DNA of 64,000 nucleotides. Origin: Octopus sinensis (Eukaryota). This document shows, one piece after another, positions 13,776 through 27,186 of this stretch. The notes beneath the pieces were generated by a model, which made no database searches, was not told the DNA's origin, and saw only the letters and a list, made by a program, of their open reading frames with translations. The translations under genes were made by a program, and so were the position numbers. The stretch spans positions 27,590,001 to 27,654,000 of the forward strand of contig NC_043007.1 in assembly GCF_006345805.1 (NCBI RefSeq), written 5' to 3'. How positions within the stretch are numbered: position 1 is the stretch's first letter; the number at the start of each line of letters is the position of its first letter.

Positions 13776-14135
13776 TATACACTCCCCACACACACTCACA
13801 ACCAAATATATACATTATAGTATAACGATTTTACTATGTAATGGTGAATCTATAAGTTTTTTCTGAATATTAACATTTTGGTTTTACAATGCGTTTGCAT
13901 ATATATATATATCGCGAAAAACTAGGTAATCAAGATTTTGAATAATTATTTAGCGTTTTCATCTCGTTTTAGAGATTCGTCAGGTGTAGAAAACACTTTT
14001 TAAAATTATGTCTGGTATATGTAAGTGAGATAATAATTCACCACACGCACAGACTTACTTAGACATACACACACACACACCACACACACACACATACTTC
14101 TCAATTCAGCTCCAGATTTTTTTCATCTAACTCAC

Positions 14136-14177
14136 ATTTCTGGAAATTTCCCTGTACAAAATATCATCCGGATGAAT
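14136..14177 (-). CDS. Candidate 42-nt exon of an unidentified gene
   Basis: Acceptor ctttcatctcgtcttacAG and donor GTGAGT. Open in two frames (IHPDDILYREISRN or FIRMIFCTGKFPE). Confidence 0.35.
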
Positions 14178-15311
14178 CTGTAAGACGAGATGAAAGCGCG
14201 AAATAAATAATTTCTCAAAAGCTTGATTGCCATCTCTTCTTTATATCTAATATCCATACAGCTCCTTAAAGAACGTATAAATATATACATATATAGTGAA
14301 AGCATGTAGGTGTATACATATAATTTTATATATTATATATATATATATATCAATTAAGGATAACTTCTTAATAAGGAATCTTAACAAGAAATTATCAGGT
14401 AGTTTGCGTGAAAACCTCATAAAAGAAAAGAATTCGAAAATAATTTTTTTCTTTTGAACAAATTCATTTTTTAAATGTTTTGCTTTGAAGAACTGCATTT
14501 AGGTATGATTAGTGTAATTTTGGTAGTAATGACTTTGTCCCTCTTAGTGTGAGGCATTTATGTGTAATAATGCCCTCTATACAATATATATATATACTGT
14601 AGAATATACACGGACACAGACGGAGGGTGATAGTGGACCAGCGTAGACCATGATGCCACGATTTCACGTTGTATTTTGCTTGTGCAATCTTTTTTTTCTT
14701 TTCCACCCAACATTTTGTAGCGTCTCCGTCTCTCGTAACAGTAATATGTCCAAACACACAGATTTGAGCATTTACTAAGCATCTATTTATTGTTTCTGTT
14801 CGTGTTGTTCTGTTGCATTTGTGTTTTAATTTTCTTCCAAATTTGCTTCTCCGAAATCATTTCCTTTTACAAAATTTTTCAATTCATTTTGTAATCTTGT
14901 TATGTACTTAGTTTTCGTTTCGCGTGTTCGTTTACATACGTACTTGCATGCATGCATACATACACACATAAATAGAGACATACATAAATGCATTACATAC
15001 ATACATGCATACATACACACATAAATACAGACATACATAAATGCATACATACATACATACTTACATGCAAACACACATATATATGCATTTAAACATGTGT
15101 ATGTATATACATACAAACAGACACACACACACTCACGTTTTATATATACATGCCTATATATCTGCGTGTATATATAATTACGTATGTATCAAATATATTA
15201 TATGTGTGTGTGTGCGTGTGTGTATGTATATGTATATATGCATATATATTTACATGTATGTATATGCATACATATACACATATGTATCATACGTTTATGC
15301 ATATGTTTAAG

Positions 15312-15354
<43 letters not shown>

Positions 15355-15648
15355 TTCTATGTACGTATGTATGTATGTATATATGTATATGTGTATATAT
15401 ATTATTTCCGTGGTGCCACGTGTTTCGTCCTCTGCTATTCTGATTAATTTCAGCCTGATGAAGCTTGAAATTCTAACAACGTGATTCTAGAACACTCGAA
15501 ATATGTAAAGGATTTGAATTTTAATTGCAAATTTTATTAATATGAAGGTGGTTATTTCTGATGTTCATTATTTATATTCATAGATTTAAAATTATTATTA
15601 ATACTAATACTATCAATAATATTATCATTCTCGCTTTTAATAATAATG

Positions 15649-15681
<33 letters not shown>

Positions 15682-15691
15682 TAATAATAAT

Positions 15692-15914
15692 AAACGCAAC
15701 ATTCCCAACAAATACATAACAAAAACACCAGGACTTACAAACACATATAACATACAGAAAATTGCACTACTAGGCACTGCCCACATCCTACGCAGAACAC
15801 TTTCCATACAATAACCATCAGAGCATCACAACAAATCACAGCACATACCCAAGGCACACAGAGCTGCGCTCGGTAGTGAAGTGAAAGCACGCTATAAAAA
15901 TAAAAATAAAACTA

Positions 15915-15965
<51 letters not shown>
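15692..15965 (+). mobile_element. R4/Dong-clade LINE 3' end (ORF C-terminus plus 3' UTR) in a (TAA)n tract
   Basis: 15692-15814 encodes KYITKTPGLTNTYNIQKIALLGTAHILRRTLSIQ*, the QK..LLGTA.ILR terminus of RLE-type LINEs. (TAA)n lies on both sides, matching the known Dong target preference. Confidence 0.88.
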
Positions 15966-15968
<3 letters not shown>

Positions 15969-16104
15969 AATGTTATTTGCCTTCATTCTTTGTTTTTCTT
16001 TTATTGAGCCATTTAGTTTAAGAAACATGAAAATATTTGTAATGCTTGATAAATTTAATTTGGTGAGCTTATAGAATCGTCAACACATAGGACAAACTGC
16101 TTCC

Positions 16105-16538
16105 CGGTGTTTCGTCTTGTGTTTTGACGTTCTGAGTTCAATATTGCCGAGGTCGACATTGCTCTTCGGGGTCGATAAAAAAGTACCAATCAAGTAGCGG
16201 GGTTAATATAATCGATTTACTGCTTTTCTGAAATTGCTCGCCTTGCACCATACTATAAAAGCAAATGCTTTGCTTCAAATTTGAAGGGCGTCCTGCATCA
16301 AAGAACTTCATGCAGATAACGTTAGAAAAGAGAAAGCGAAAGTAGTCCCAGGTACTTACTGGAACTGCGTTGTGAAAACCATGCATATATAGGTGCAGGA
16401 ATGGCTGTGTGATAAGTAGCTAGCTTCCTAGTCACGTGGTTCTGGGTTCGGCCAAACTGCGTGGCATTTGGGGCAAGTGTCTTCTATTATACCTTCGGGC
16501 CGACTAAACAATTGTGAGTAGATAGGGAGACCGTCGTA

Positions 16539-16545
<7 letters not shown>
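16105..16545 (+). mobile_element. SINE family B fragment (16105-16230) and SINE family A 5' half (16390-16545)
   Basis: gacgttctgagttca...tcggggtcgataaa, and ggtgcaggaatggctgtgtg...ggggcaagtgtcttcta. Confidence 0.75.
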
Positions 16546-16591
<46 letters not shown>

Positions 16592-16700
16592 TCACATTCA
16601 ATAATGAGGGTGAATAAAATTATAGATATTAAGTTAATAATACCCTTATTTTAACACCAAGTGACCTAGCACAAAATAACCGGGGATACAAATTCATATT

Positions 16701-17203
16701 TATCCGTAAATATTAGAGAGCCAACTTTGAGTATGTTAACTCTGTGTGCTAGACATAGGCCCACCGGTCAAAGTCGTCGACTATATTCCACATAGAAATA
16801 GCACCACAGTCAACGCTATGAAATTAAATTACAACTAAATAATGGATTAATGTTGTACATATGTTTCCTCATCAACAAAATATGCAGATTCTACTTACAT
16901 AATTGTCTGTAAATACAACCAGAATGTAATTCATCAGACCATGGGAGAATCGTCGCTTGTAATGGTCTGATCAATTATATTGACAAATGTTGCTGACGAA
17001 TCATAGACAATTATGTAAGTAGAATCTGCATATTTTGTTGATGAGGAAACATATGTACAACATTAATCCATTATTTAGTTGTAATTTAATTTCATAGCGT
17101 TGACGTGTGTGCTATTTCTATGTGGAATATAGTCGGCGACTTTGACGGTGGGTCTATGTCTAGCAACAGAGTTAACATACTCAAAGTTGGCTCTCTAATA
17201 TTT

Positions 17204-17210
<7 letters not shown>
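16701..17210. mobile_element. Foldback/MITE with ~207-bp inverted arms, probably Tc1/mariner-type (TA at both ends)
   Basis: 16701-16908 is the reverse complement of 17005-17210 with about 6-7 differences. The 96-bp spacer holds a 10-bp stem (16933-16942/16962-16971). Confidence 0.9.
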
Positions 17211-17244
<34 letters not shown>

Positions 17245-17250
17245 ATATAC

Positions 17251-17287
<37 letters not shown>

Positions 17288-17391
17288 ATATATATAATAT
17301 ATATATATCTATATAATATATATATATATAATATATATTATATAACATATTATATATATATAATATAATATATATATATATATATAATATA

Positions 17392-17430
<39 letters not shown>

Positions 17431-17526
17431 ATATAATTAAGCGGCGGGCATTTTGAACTGGCCATGATGCATACGTGCATATATATGTGGGTATACGTTC
17501 GTATATATAAGTATTCGTATGTTGTA

Positions 17527-17566
<40 letters not shown>

Positions 17567-17810
17567 TTATGTCTCTCTTCTGTCAGCATTCTACTGACGA
17601 GGCAAAGCATTTTAAAATGGAAATCAGAAATCCGGGATCTGGCATTATCCAGTAATTTTTAACTAGTTACATCTTGTCTTTTTGTTTTCTCACCGTGTTG
17701 ATATGTGGACAATTAAGGTGGTTTTAGAGTCAGATCATGGCTGCTATTCTCAGCATGTTGGTATATTGTAGATACCCTAATTTATAATATATATATATAT
17801 ATATATATAC

Positions 17811-17917
<107 letters not shown>

Positions 17918-18724
17918 TTATATATATATACATACATATGCTTGTGTGTGTATGTATCTGTTTGTCCCCCTCCAACATCGTTTGGCAACAGATTTTGTTG
18001 TGTTTACATCCGTGTAAGTTCAGCAAAATATTTAAAGTAGGAAAGTAGAAAGAGATATTATTGAACATATATCTTCAAGAAAATAAAGAAAAAAATCTCA
18101 TTTAATTTCTAGAAATGTATGTCTCGGTGGATAACGTAAAAAATATGACAACTCGATAAATTTTCTTGGTAATAATAAATATATTATATAAATGTTAATT
18201 TCAAATAAACCTATAAGTATAAATTCAACATATTAGGAAAAATCTGCTACGAAACCAGGGTGCAAAAATATAATTTAAAAGAATGATGTATAAAAATATT
18301 AGTTTTGAGATATCCTATCCAGTAATATTCGATTGTAATCACGATCAGTCATATATGATTTTTTAAAATCATTAATTATGAGATAATAAAATGAATTATA
18401 TATTAGATGTTAATCATTAGAAAAATATAAAGTTTTTTCTTTTTTTTTTTACTCGGTTAAAGTATTTCTAGAGTGACAGCAGAAATAGTTTGTAGCGTAA
18501 CTTTCAAAAATGTAATGCATCGATAACACTGCATGGAACCGTTAGGGAAGCTATATTCAACCAAGAGAATATAGTTCGGGTTTTCTATTAAAAAGCAACT
18601 CTGGATGTATGAATAAATGGCTGAATGTATATGAGAAGTTATGCTTATGTGTGTGTGTGGCATGTGTGTCTCTGTATACTTATAGATGTGCGTGTATAAA
18701 TATATATGTATACAAGTATACACA

Positions 18725-18766
<42 letters not shown>

Positions 18767-19419
18767 ACACACACAGATATATATGTGTGTGTACCTGTGT
18801 GTGTTTCGGTTGCGATGGTTATTTGGAAACACTTAAACCTTGTCTGTCTTTATGTTACTAATTTCAAACTAATTCACGATTTTATTTCTTTCAGATCCCT
18901 CCCGTGGCTTATAAAGTATTAACTCGACAAAGGAAAAGACATTTTCTATATTCCATTTTTTCTCTTGATATATGTGCGGAAAACAGCGATTATGAAATTA
19001 CCATCTTTATAAATGATGCATAACTTTTGTACACCAGAATAGGATATAATTGAAAGGCTCTGCCGGGAATATTTCAACTCTTTCAACGACAAAAATCAAT
19101 ATAAGATGTCATGCGCTATTACCACATCACAGTTAATCCGAGAGTTGCAAAACACTATCGAGGATTATCTTAAAAAGTTAAGGAGGACCTTCACCAAAAA
19201 ACATCTGGTGTAACAAAGAATTACACGTGGACGTTCCTTTCAAGTCGTAAGTATGGAGAAAAAGCCAATTCATGATTTCAAGACAAGGGAAAACTACTTC
19301 ATACTTTTTTGTGTCTTCTTCGACAAGACAGAAACACTACAAAAGGGACGGATAGATGGCTCTGTGCACATCCTTGTCTTATCCAAGGGTCATTCACGCG
19401 GAAATTTTCTGCAGCTAAT

Positions 19420-19695
19420 TTGTCGAACCGCTAAGTGACGGGGTCGTAAACACACCAGCATCGGTTGTCAAGCAATGCTAGGGGGACAAACACAGACACA
19501 CACACACATACACATATATATATACATATATACGACAGGCTTCTTTCAGTTTCCGTCTACCAAATCCACTCACAAGGCATTGGTCGGCCCGGGGCTATAG
19601 CAGAAGACACTTGCCCAAGATGTCACGCAGTGGGACTGAACCCGGAAGCATGTGGTTGGTTAGCAAGCCACATACCACACAGCCACTCCTGCGCC
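19420..19695 (-). mobile_element. SINE family A, young subfamily, 3'-truncated
   Basis: Nearly identical to 37470-37755, sharing diagnostic gtgacggggtcgtaaac and aggcattggtcggcccggggc. Confidence 0.92.
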
Positions 19696-20462
19696 TATAT
19701 GTATATATATCTGTGTAGTACATGAAATGTGTGGTTTTGTGAATATTCTACCGACACTGAACAAGTGCCACCTAATATAAAATGGTTGGACAATTGAACT
19801 GTGGGTAAAGCTCATCCGATGTGAAACACTTTTCTAAAATGTAATTCCTAGTCGCGAATTGAAATCTTTAGGCTTTGAAACGCCATATTTGTCTATACGC
19901 AGTTACATACACATTTTGCCACGATATATTTATGAATGTGTCTGTCTCCTAAGTCGCGTGCGTGTGAGTGTAAGTGATTTCACAGACCATAGATCGATTT
20001 GGTTGGTTAAACAAACTCATATCAATGATACGAAATAATTTTTATGAGAAAAATATTCAAGTAGTCAAGGAGTCTATATTCGCTGGAACAGTTAATTTTA
20101 TGAACAAGAAAAAAACCGTGAAAGAAAAAATTGTTATAAGTAATAGAAATTTGTAAATATTTGAAAAATTAAATAAGAATCCAATAGTATTTATGAAACA
20201 TCAAATAATGAATCAGTCGGTCGATCTTTGATAAAGTGGATACCACACGCGAACGTACAGGTCTTGAGCAACTGATTTCTTGATAAACTATATTTATTTT
20301 TTCATAACTGAGAAGAGTATTCGCATGCTCCAAATAACGTATTGACTGGGAGGTATTTTGTCCGTGAAACTAGTGATCTTGTATCCGATGAAAACTTTTC
20401 GCTATATTTGCCTGTGTCTGTGTCGGTGTTAGTTTTTGTGTATATATATATATATATATATA

Positions 20463-20870
20463 TAGGCGCGCAGGAGTGGCTGTATGGTAAGTAGCTTGCT
20501 TACCAATCACATGGTTTCGGGTTCAGTTCCACAGTGTTGCATCTTGGGTAAGTGTGTTCTAGTATAGCCACGAGCCGACCCAAGTCTTGTAAGTGGATTT
20601 GGGAGGCGGAAACTGAAAGGAGCCAGTCGTATATATGTATATATGTGTGTATGTGTGTGTATATGATTGTGTGTCTTTGTCCACCAACATCGTTTGACAA
20701 CCGATGGTGGTGTGTTTACGTCCCCGTAACTTAGCGGTTCAGCAAAAGACGTCGATAGAATAAGTACTAGGCTTACAAGCAATAAGTCTTGGTGTCGATT
20801 TGCTCGACTAAAGGCGGTGCTCCAGCATGGCCGCAGTCAAATGACTGAAACAAGTAAAAGAGTAAAAGAG
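20463..20870 (+). mobile_element. SINE family A, full length
   Basis: ggcgcgcaggagtggctg (A-box-like), ggttcagttcc (B-box-like), core, (TG/TA) linker, and 3' end ccagcatggccgcagtcaaatgactgaaacaagtaaaagagtaaaagag. Confidence 0.93.
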
Positions 20871-20879
20871 TATATATAT

Positions 20880-20952
<73 letters not shown>

Positions 20953-21368
20953 GGCATAGATATATAATAGATATAATTGAAAACCAAGAGAAGAGAGGTG
21001 ATTATTATTCACATCCGAAACGTTTTATTAAAAACATGTTTTCTGCAGCATATACAACAATGACCAATATATGTTGCTACTGCAGCAACTACGTATTCCT
21101 CCGTATGCAATCATGCATCGTAGTCGCTGCAATTTCATCAAAAACGGAGAGAGAGAGAGAGAGAGAACGAGAGAGTAAAAGGAGTGTTTAGCGGCCGATG
21201 GTCTGTTATGGAGACATGGACGTGTTAATAGCGACAGTACATGAGAGGTGAAGTCTCACCACATATAAACCAGATACCATAGTTTTGTCACTAAATCTCT
21301 ATTGAGTGGGTGTTTGTGGGAAAGACGTGTATTGTATGCTTGCTGTGTCATTGTATTGTGATGCACTA

Positions 21369-21594
21369 TCAGGGTGACTCGTTTGAAGTACAAAGAAAGT
21401 TTATATCGTATATCCCAACATTATGAAGGCTCTCTCGCTTGTAATGAATGCTGCAGACTGTTGGAATGTGTAGCCTTTCAAGTAGGTGATATTGGCAATT
21501 GTAGACTCCGAGGAGGCAAAATGGTGCTTTACCTGGTACACTCAAATTGATGCCGGGTGAGATGATACGGTAGTCCCGGATTGTCCAGATGAAG
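21369..21594 (-). CDS. Candidate exon/ORF in a unique, GC-richer island (SFIWTIRDYRIISPGINLSVP...)
   Basis: Acceptor ttcttcatcgtttAG before 21594. It either ends at donor GTAAAG after 21533 or reads open to the stop at 21369. AATAAA on the minus strand near 21025. No family recognised. Confidence 0.3.
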
Positions 21595-21851
21595 CTAAAC
21601 GATGAAGAATTTTCCATTGGCCGTCGCGTAATACAGAAATCGTTTATTACCAAAATATGTATAAAGCACTAATATTACTGTCATATCTGTGGTTAAATTA
21701 CATTAACACCACGCCTGCATTTAATACTTGTCAAAACTCTTTCTGGTGCCTACTGTCGCTGAGTTACCATTACTTTCAGCTGAGGCTTTAACCAAAGGGT
21801 TTAAATTCTCTCTTTAATAACAAGCCAATCACTTCTCCTATATGCTTATAG

Positions 21852-21907
21852 ATGCCCGACAATATGACAGTCCTTCACGACAGCCAGACTTTACCTGACA
21901 TGATTAG
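21852..21907 (+). CDS. Candidate 56-nt exon (MPDNMTVLHDSQTLPDMI-R)
   Basis: Acceptor ttctcctatatgcttatAG and donor GTACGT. Only one frame is open and it ends in phase 2, compatible with 42894-42924. Confidence 0.4.
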
Positions 21908-22406
21908 GTACGTCGAAATGTTATTCAGTACGCATACACACGCACACACAAACACTATCACACACGCGTGCACGCACACAAACACACTTCTAATATATAT
22001 GATTCTCAGAGACGATAACGAGGGTTAATAGATTGCTAGCTTAGAATAAAAAAGTGGAACAATATTTACTTGAAATATTTCAATAAATTAATCAGGGACA
22101 GTCACGCCAATCATACGCTTGAATATATACATCCGACACATATCTCTATAACTATATAGATTCATTAATATATATATATATCTATAATATATATATATAT
22201 ATGTATATATGTATAAAATGTATACACAAACATATATATATATATATAATATACATATATACATATATATACACACATACATATACATATATATATATTA
22301 TATATACATACATATTTACACGTAAATATATATAAATACATACATGTATATATATATTATATATATACATATATATATACATGCATATACATATAATACA
22401 TAGATA

Positions 22407-22451
<45 letters not shown>

Positions 22452-22734
22452 CATTTAAAATATATATATAATACATCTATATAACATATGTATGTATAAA
22501 TACATATAGATATAAATAATGTATATAATGCAAACATATATACTACTATATATACATATATCATATATATATTATTATCATATATATATATATATTATAT
22601 ATATATATATATATCTTATATATATATATATATATATACATATATATATAATATATATATACTATATATATATTATATATATATATATTATATGTATTCT
22701 TGCATGTAATTTGTATGCATAAATAGCGTGTTTT

Positions 22735-23900
22735 CCTCGCATTCTCTTCATTTATTCGATTGATTGTTTCTTCCAATAAGCTGTCAGATTCAATTAAATG
22801 AAGAAAAATTGATAGATTTTTTTTTTATGCTCTTCTTGCAATGATAAAAAACCCTCGCTATCCCTTTTTCATTATTGACCCACTTTGGGGGCCACCTTCT
22901 TTTATATATCACCGACACTTGATGTTTATATTATCATTATTCATACCATTTCCTTTTTATGTTTTTCATTATATCTTCTTTGGCCCATGCTGTTTCCATA
23001 GGACATTTTTTAAAATTGTATTCAACGTTGATATATATACGATATAATGGTCTTCTACATTGATTTATGGCGCTGTTGTTATTTATGCCATGGAAAATCG
23101 TACACGAACTACTAATACGACGCCTTGGATCAAGTCAAATGATATTGTTAATGTTAGGGATATTGTTGGAGCTACGTTTTTTTTTCTTTCTAACTGCCCC
23201 TGTTCTTATATTATTGGGACTCGTTCATGATGTTGTTACAGTAGCGATTATCGCTGTAAACAGGTTTATGTTACAGCGATAAATAGCATAATAACGTGTT
23301 GTCTCTTTATCACCATAGGAAAGTAGAGTGTTTTCATTATAATATACGATCTTATAGCTGAGTATAAAATCCCGTAGAAATATTGTCCAATAATATATCA
23401 TTTTATGTCTTTATGTTAGTGGTGTTGTTCAGATGCGGGTCAGTTATTTATTGGGAAAACCTAAGTTGATCTGTGTTTCAATGTAAATATTAACTGCTCC
23501 TCAGATAAACCGCTTGGACATGATTGAATGCAGTTTTACTTATTGTGGCTTGGAGTTGCTTTTTCTACAATGCACCATGTAGTTGATTGATAATCTCGCA
23601 TTCTCGAAATTATAGTCTGTACATAATTGGTTCTGATTTCCTTTGCAAATCACAGCGAAAATTGTTCACTGCATTCTTTAGGATTTACATATTTTCCTTT
23701 TGCAGATTTTTAGTCAATTGCATTCCAATCATGACAGTTCCGCCTAATGGGCTAGAGGGTGGCCATACGTAGAACTACATTAACCGATAGGACCTCCACT
23801 TTAAGAAAATAGAGCGCAAAGATTTAAACATTTTGTTAATATTTGCAGATGCTTGTGCATATCTTTTTCCTTTATCGTTGCATTGGTATTTTGTCACAGA
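22735..23900 (-). mobile_element. Highly decayed Penelope-like element: RT C-terminus/thumb through the Zn linker before GIY-YIG
   Basis: Collinear degraded motifs: QR*RKKI; KVEVLSVNVVL..PIRRN (cf. VNFLDVTLNL..PYRKPN); KSNSKPQ*VKLHSIMSKRF (cf. SNHPP..KQLP..ISKRL); NNII*LDP (cf. NIIWFNP); KCR*YIKEGGPQSGSIMKK (cf. CNCR.KE.CPL.G.C.KK). Confidence 0.65.
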
Positions 23901-25119
23901 TCACTCCTAAATGAACAAACGTAATTAAAGACATTACACCGTGACCATCAACTCTTTTAAACGTGGTTTGTCTCAGACCTCATTTAATTTAAAAATGCAA
24001 ACATTACATCAATTTAAAATGTAGAGCAATCTTCAGCTGCACAAAAACATAGAATTTAATTAAATTAGAACAGATGGACGAATTAGTATTCTCTTGTTTA
24101 TCTATGAGTAATGTCTTTTCCTATTTAGAAAGGCTGTTCTAAGTTCATTTCACAAAGAATTAGCTGTTAACTATAGCAGATGGAAAAGAAGCATACAGAT
24201 AACTTCTTTAGCAGAGGATGCCATCAATAACGGGGTATATCTTGGTATTCACATTTCTCACTCTGTTATAACAAGATAACTTCTAGGCAATCGCTCAACT
24301 TGCAAGAAGCAGTTTCTTAATCTCCCTCAAACTGAAATGCTGCATCTATAATGAAAGACGAGTAGTACTTATTCATTTTCGACCTCGAAGTTACACGTGG
24401 TAAATTCCACCAGTAACAATAATGTAAAAAGATAGAAACCAATATCTCTAGTCATTTTGCTCTACATTTGCTGCAATCATTTTGTAAAGTTTTGTCCAAC
24501 TGACATATTATAAACACATTTACTTACTGTACGTTGTGCTTTTCTTTATCGACATAACCCCAATGCACATGCGCGTGATTTTATTTTACATTCGTCATCA
24601 GCATGGCAATAAAACTTTCACTTTTTTCTCAACTTCAAACGAAGAACGAGTCCTCGATATGTTAACTATTTCCCCACCCAAGTAAAGACATTGAAATATT
24701 CTATGAATTGTCCAACAGATCACCATAAACATGACTTCTAAAATTTAGATAAAATTTACCATACATCCCATGGCTCAAGCCAAGAAATATTAATGTGTGA
24801 GATCGATGCCAATCACAAATTTATTAGTGGACGTAGTCAAGTGAAATGCGCTACAGATCGGTCATAAAACGTCGCTGTGGACTGAGTTATGTGACGTTTA
24901 AAAGGTTAATAAACGGATAAAGAATTCTCATTCTAGTCCACAATCACATTTATATAGGAAAGGAAAATAATCGTCTAAATTGATATCAGAACTTGGCGGA
25001 ATTTTCTTCTTATTTTCACCGCAACGGGACGATAAATGTTAAGACAAGACGGATGGGCTCAGTTTTCGGAACAGAAGCAAAGGTAATATGTGTTTCAAAT
25101 TCCGGCGCAAGCTAGGAAT

Positions 25120-25555
25120 TTCGGATGTTTATACCGACCCCCCGGTCCACCTTGTACTTATTTTATCGATCCGGAACATTAAAAGGCAAAGTAGACATCA
25201 AAACGTAGCGACGGACGAAATGCCGGTAAGCAGTTTGTCCGACATCCTTGCGATTCTGCCGGCTTGCCGTCTTCGAAGAATAAGCAATATTAATTTTAAA
25301 TTTTGGCACAAGGAAAACGACCTTGACGGACGTGGTAAATCGATGAAATCGACACTAGCACTCAACTGGCATTCATTTTATTGACCCCGAAAGGAGTAAA
25401 TGCACATTAGATCATGGCAGATTTACCTCGAGGCCGATGGTGCCCTTCATCCTTAGGGAGGAGAAAAATAAGTACCATTCGCGTACTGGGGTCAGCGTAA
25501 TGTATTTAACTCTCCCTTAAGATTGTTGGACTTGAGCCAAAATTTGAAATCATTA
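25120..25555. mobile_element. Cluster of decayed SINE family B fragments in both orientations
   Basis: Minus-strand pieces at 25120-25270 and 25330-25425; plus-strand piece at 25430-25555 (ttcatccttagg...aataagtacc...tactggggtc). Confidence 0.7.
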
Positions 25556-26074
25556 TCATAAGATCAATCAAGGGTAAGATAAACGTACATATATTAAGAC
25601 AGCCCACAATTTGTATTACGTAAAATCACATTTAAAAGAATATTTAGACGTTGAAAGTCAGATAAGAGAGCAGCGTCATGATATAGAGACATATCATGGC
25701 AAAGGCAAAACAAAATAACGTGATTCCATATGAAATCACTTAATCCCCCAAGAGTTTTGCCCACTACGCATGATTTTGTTGACCAACAGAACTCGTGAGA
25801 TGCCTATATTTTCTATCATTGGCCAAAATGGACGTCATTTACAATGGATATTCGTGAAACATCAACCAAATACTTTTGATCGTGTTCTGTATCGTGTATT
25901 ACTAAATTATTTCTTTGCTCTGACTCTCTCTCGCTCTCTCTCTCTCCCGCTCTCGCTCTCTCTCTCTCGCTCTCTCTCTCTCCCTCTCTCTCTCTCTCTC
26001 CCTCTCTCTCTCTCTCTATATATATATGTATATATATATATATTATATATATATATATATAGATAATATAATAT

Positions 26075-26110
<36 letters not shown>

Positions 26111-26732
26111 TAATATATATATATATATGTATATATATATATGTATATGTAATATATATATATATATATGTATATGTATATATATATATGTATATATATA
26201 TAAGTATATACATATATATATATATGTATATGTGTATAAATATATATTGTGTTAATGCATGTATTCAACATTGAAGATGAGGATTCCTTCCATGGATAAA
26301 CTAAATTTCCTGATGTCGTTTTAAACACACGTACATGTTGATTGCTTCATCTTATCAGAAAATCCCCGCTTCGTTATTCATTAGAATAAGAAAAGTCTAT
26401 GAGATATCTGAACATCATTGGATTATGTCGACAAGGGGATATTCGACACGTATGTCACTGCATCTATCCTTGGCTAACTGTCAACGGAAGCACAGCAGCA
26501 GGATAAATGGAAATGCTTCTGTGACAGTATTACGATAATCTTTTACAATGAAATGATAACCATAGGTCAGTATTTTGTGTTCATGTTTTCTTTCTCAAAA
26601 TAATTTTAGTGAACAACTGCATATAGCTTCGGTCTCCTGAGCACAAACCTACCTAGAAACTGCAACGAAGCACATAAACACATTCACATGCCTACACTCT
26701 CCGGGGATATATATATATATATATATATATAT

Positions 26733-26905
26733 AGGGAAAGTTTACGAAAAAAAAACAAAAGACGAAGACAGGTGGTGTACAAAACAAACAGATGTATTAG
26801 TATAACGCTCAGGTATAGAAAAACTATTTTACGTTTCGAGTCTAAGCCCTTCTACAGAAGGGGACATAGAAAAAAACAAGGAGAGACAAAAATATGTGTA
26901 GTGGC
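26733..26905 (-). mobile_element. Penelope-like terminal-repeat-type element, family P2 (diverged copy)
   Basis: Homologous to 48940-49140 and 55219-55385; adjacent to (TA)n. Confidence 0.7.
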
Positions 26906-27093
26906 AAATATAAAAATAATATATAAAAATAAATACATATAAATAAAATAAAGGCAAAAATGACAGTTTTACGTAAAGTTCAAAGGTTTTTAGACGTCGT
27001 GGCGTATTGCAAGGAATTCTCATCAAGAGTAGAGTCCACTGCGATCCGTGTGGAGAGGTGTAGCCATATATATATATATTGAGAGCGAGCGAG

Positions 27094-27094
<1 letters not shown>

Positions 27095-27186
<92 letters not shown>
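27095..27186. repeat. (GATA)n microsatellite
   Basis: Seen directly. Confidence 0.95.

Noticed and set aside
14509-14930. Overlapping minus-strand ORFs
   Set aside because: Three short frames with no consistent splice sites or recognisable domain.
18900-19415. Coding-like stretch with a GTAAGT near 19248
   Set aside because: Frames are broken by stops and there is no matching acceptor; at best an unassignable pseudogene or TE relic.
20463-20530. tRNA gene (also 59750-59811 and 63488-63555)
   Set aside because: A/B-box-like heads run into SINE cores, and no complete cloverleaf can be drawn.
23067-23282. Hydrophobic membrane-protein-like ORF on the plus strand
   Set aside because: Antisense reading of the K/N-rich Penelope-like relic on the minus strand.
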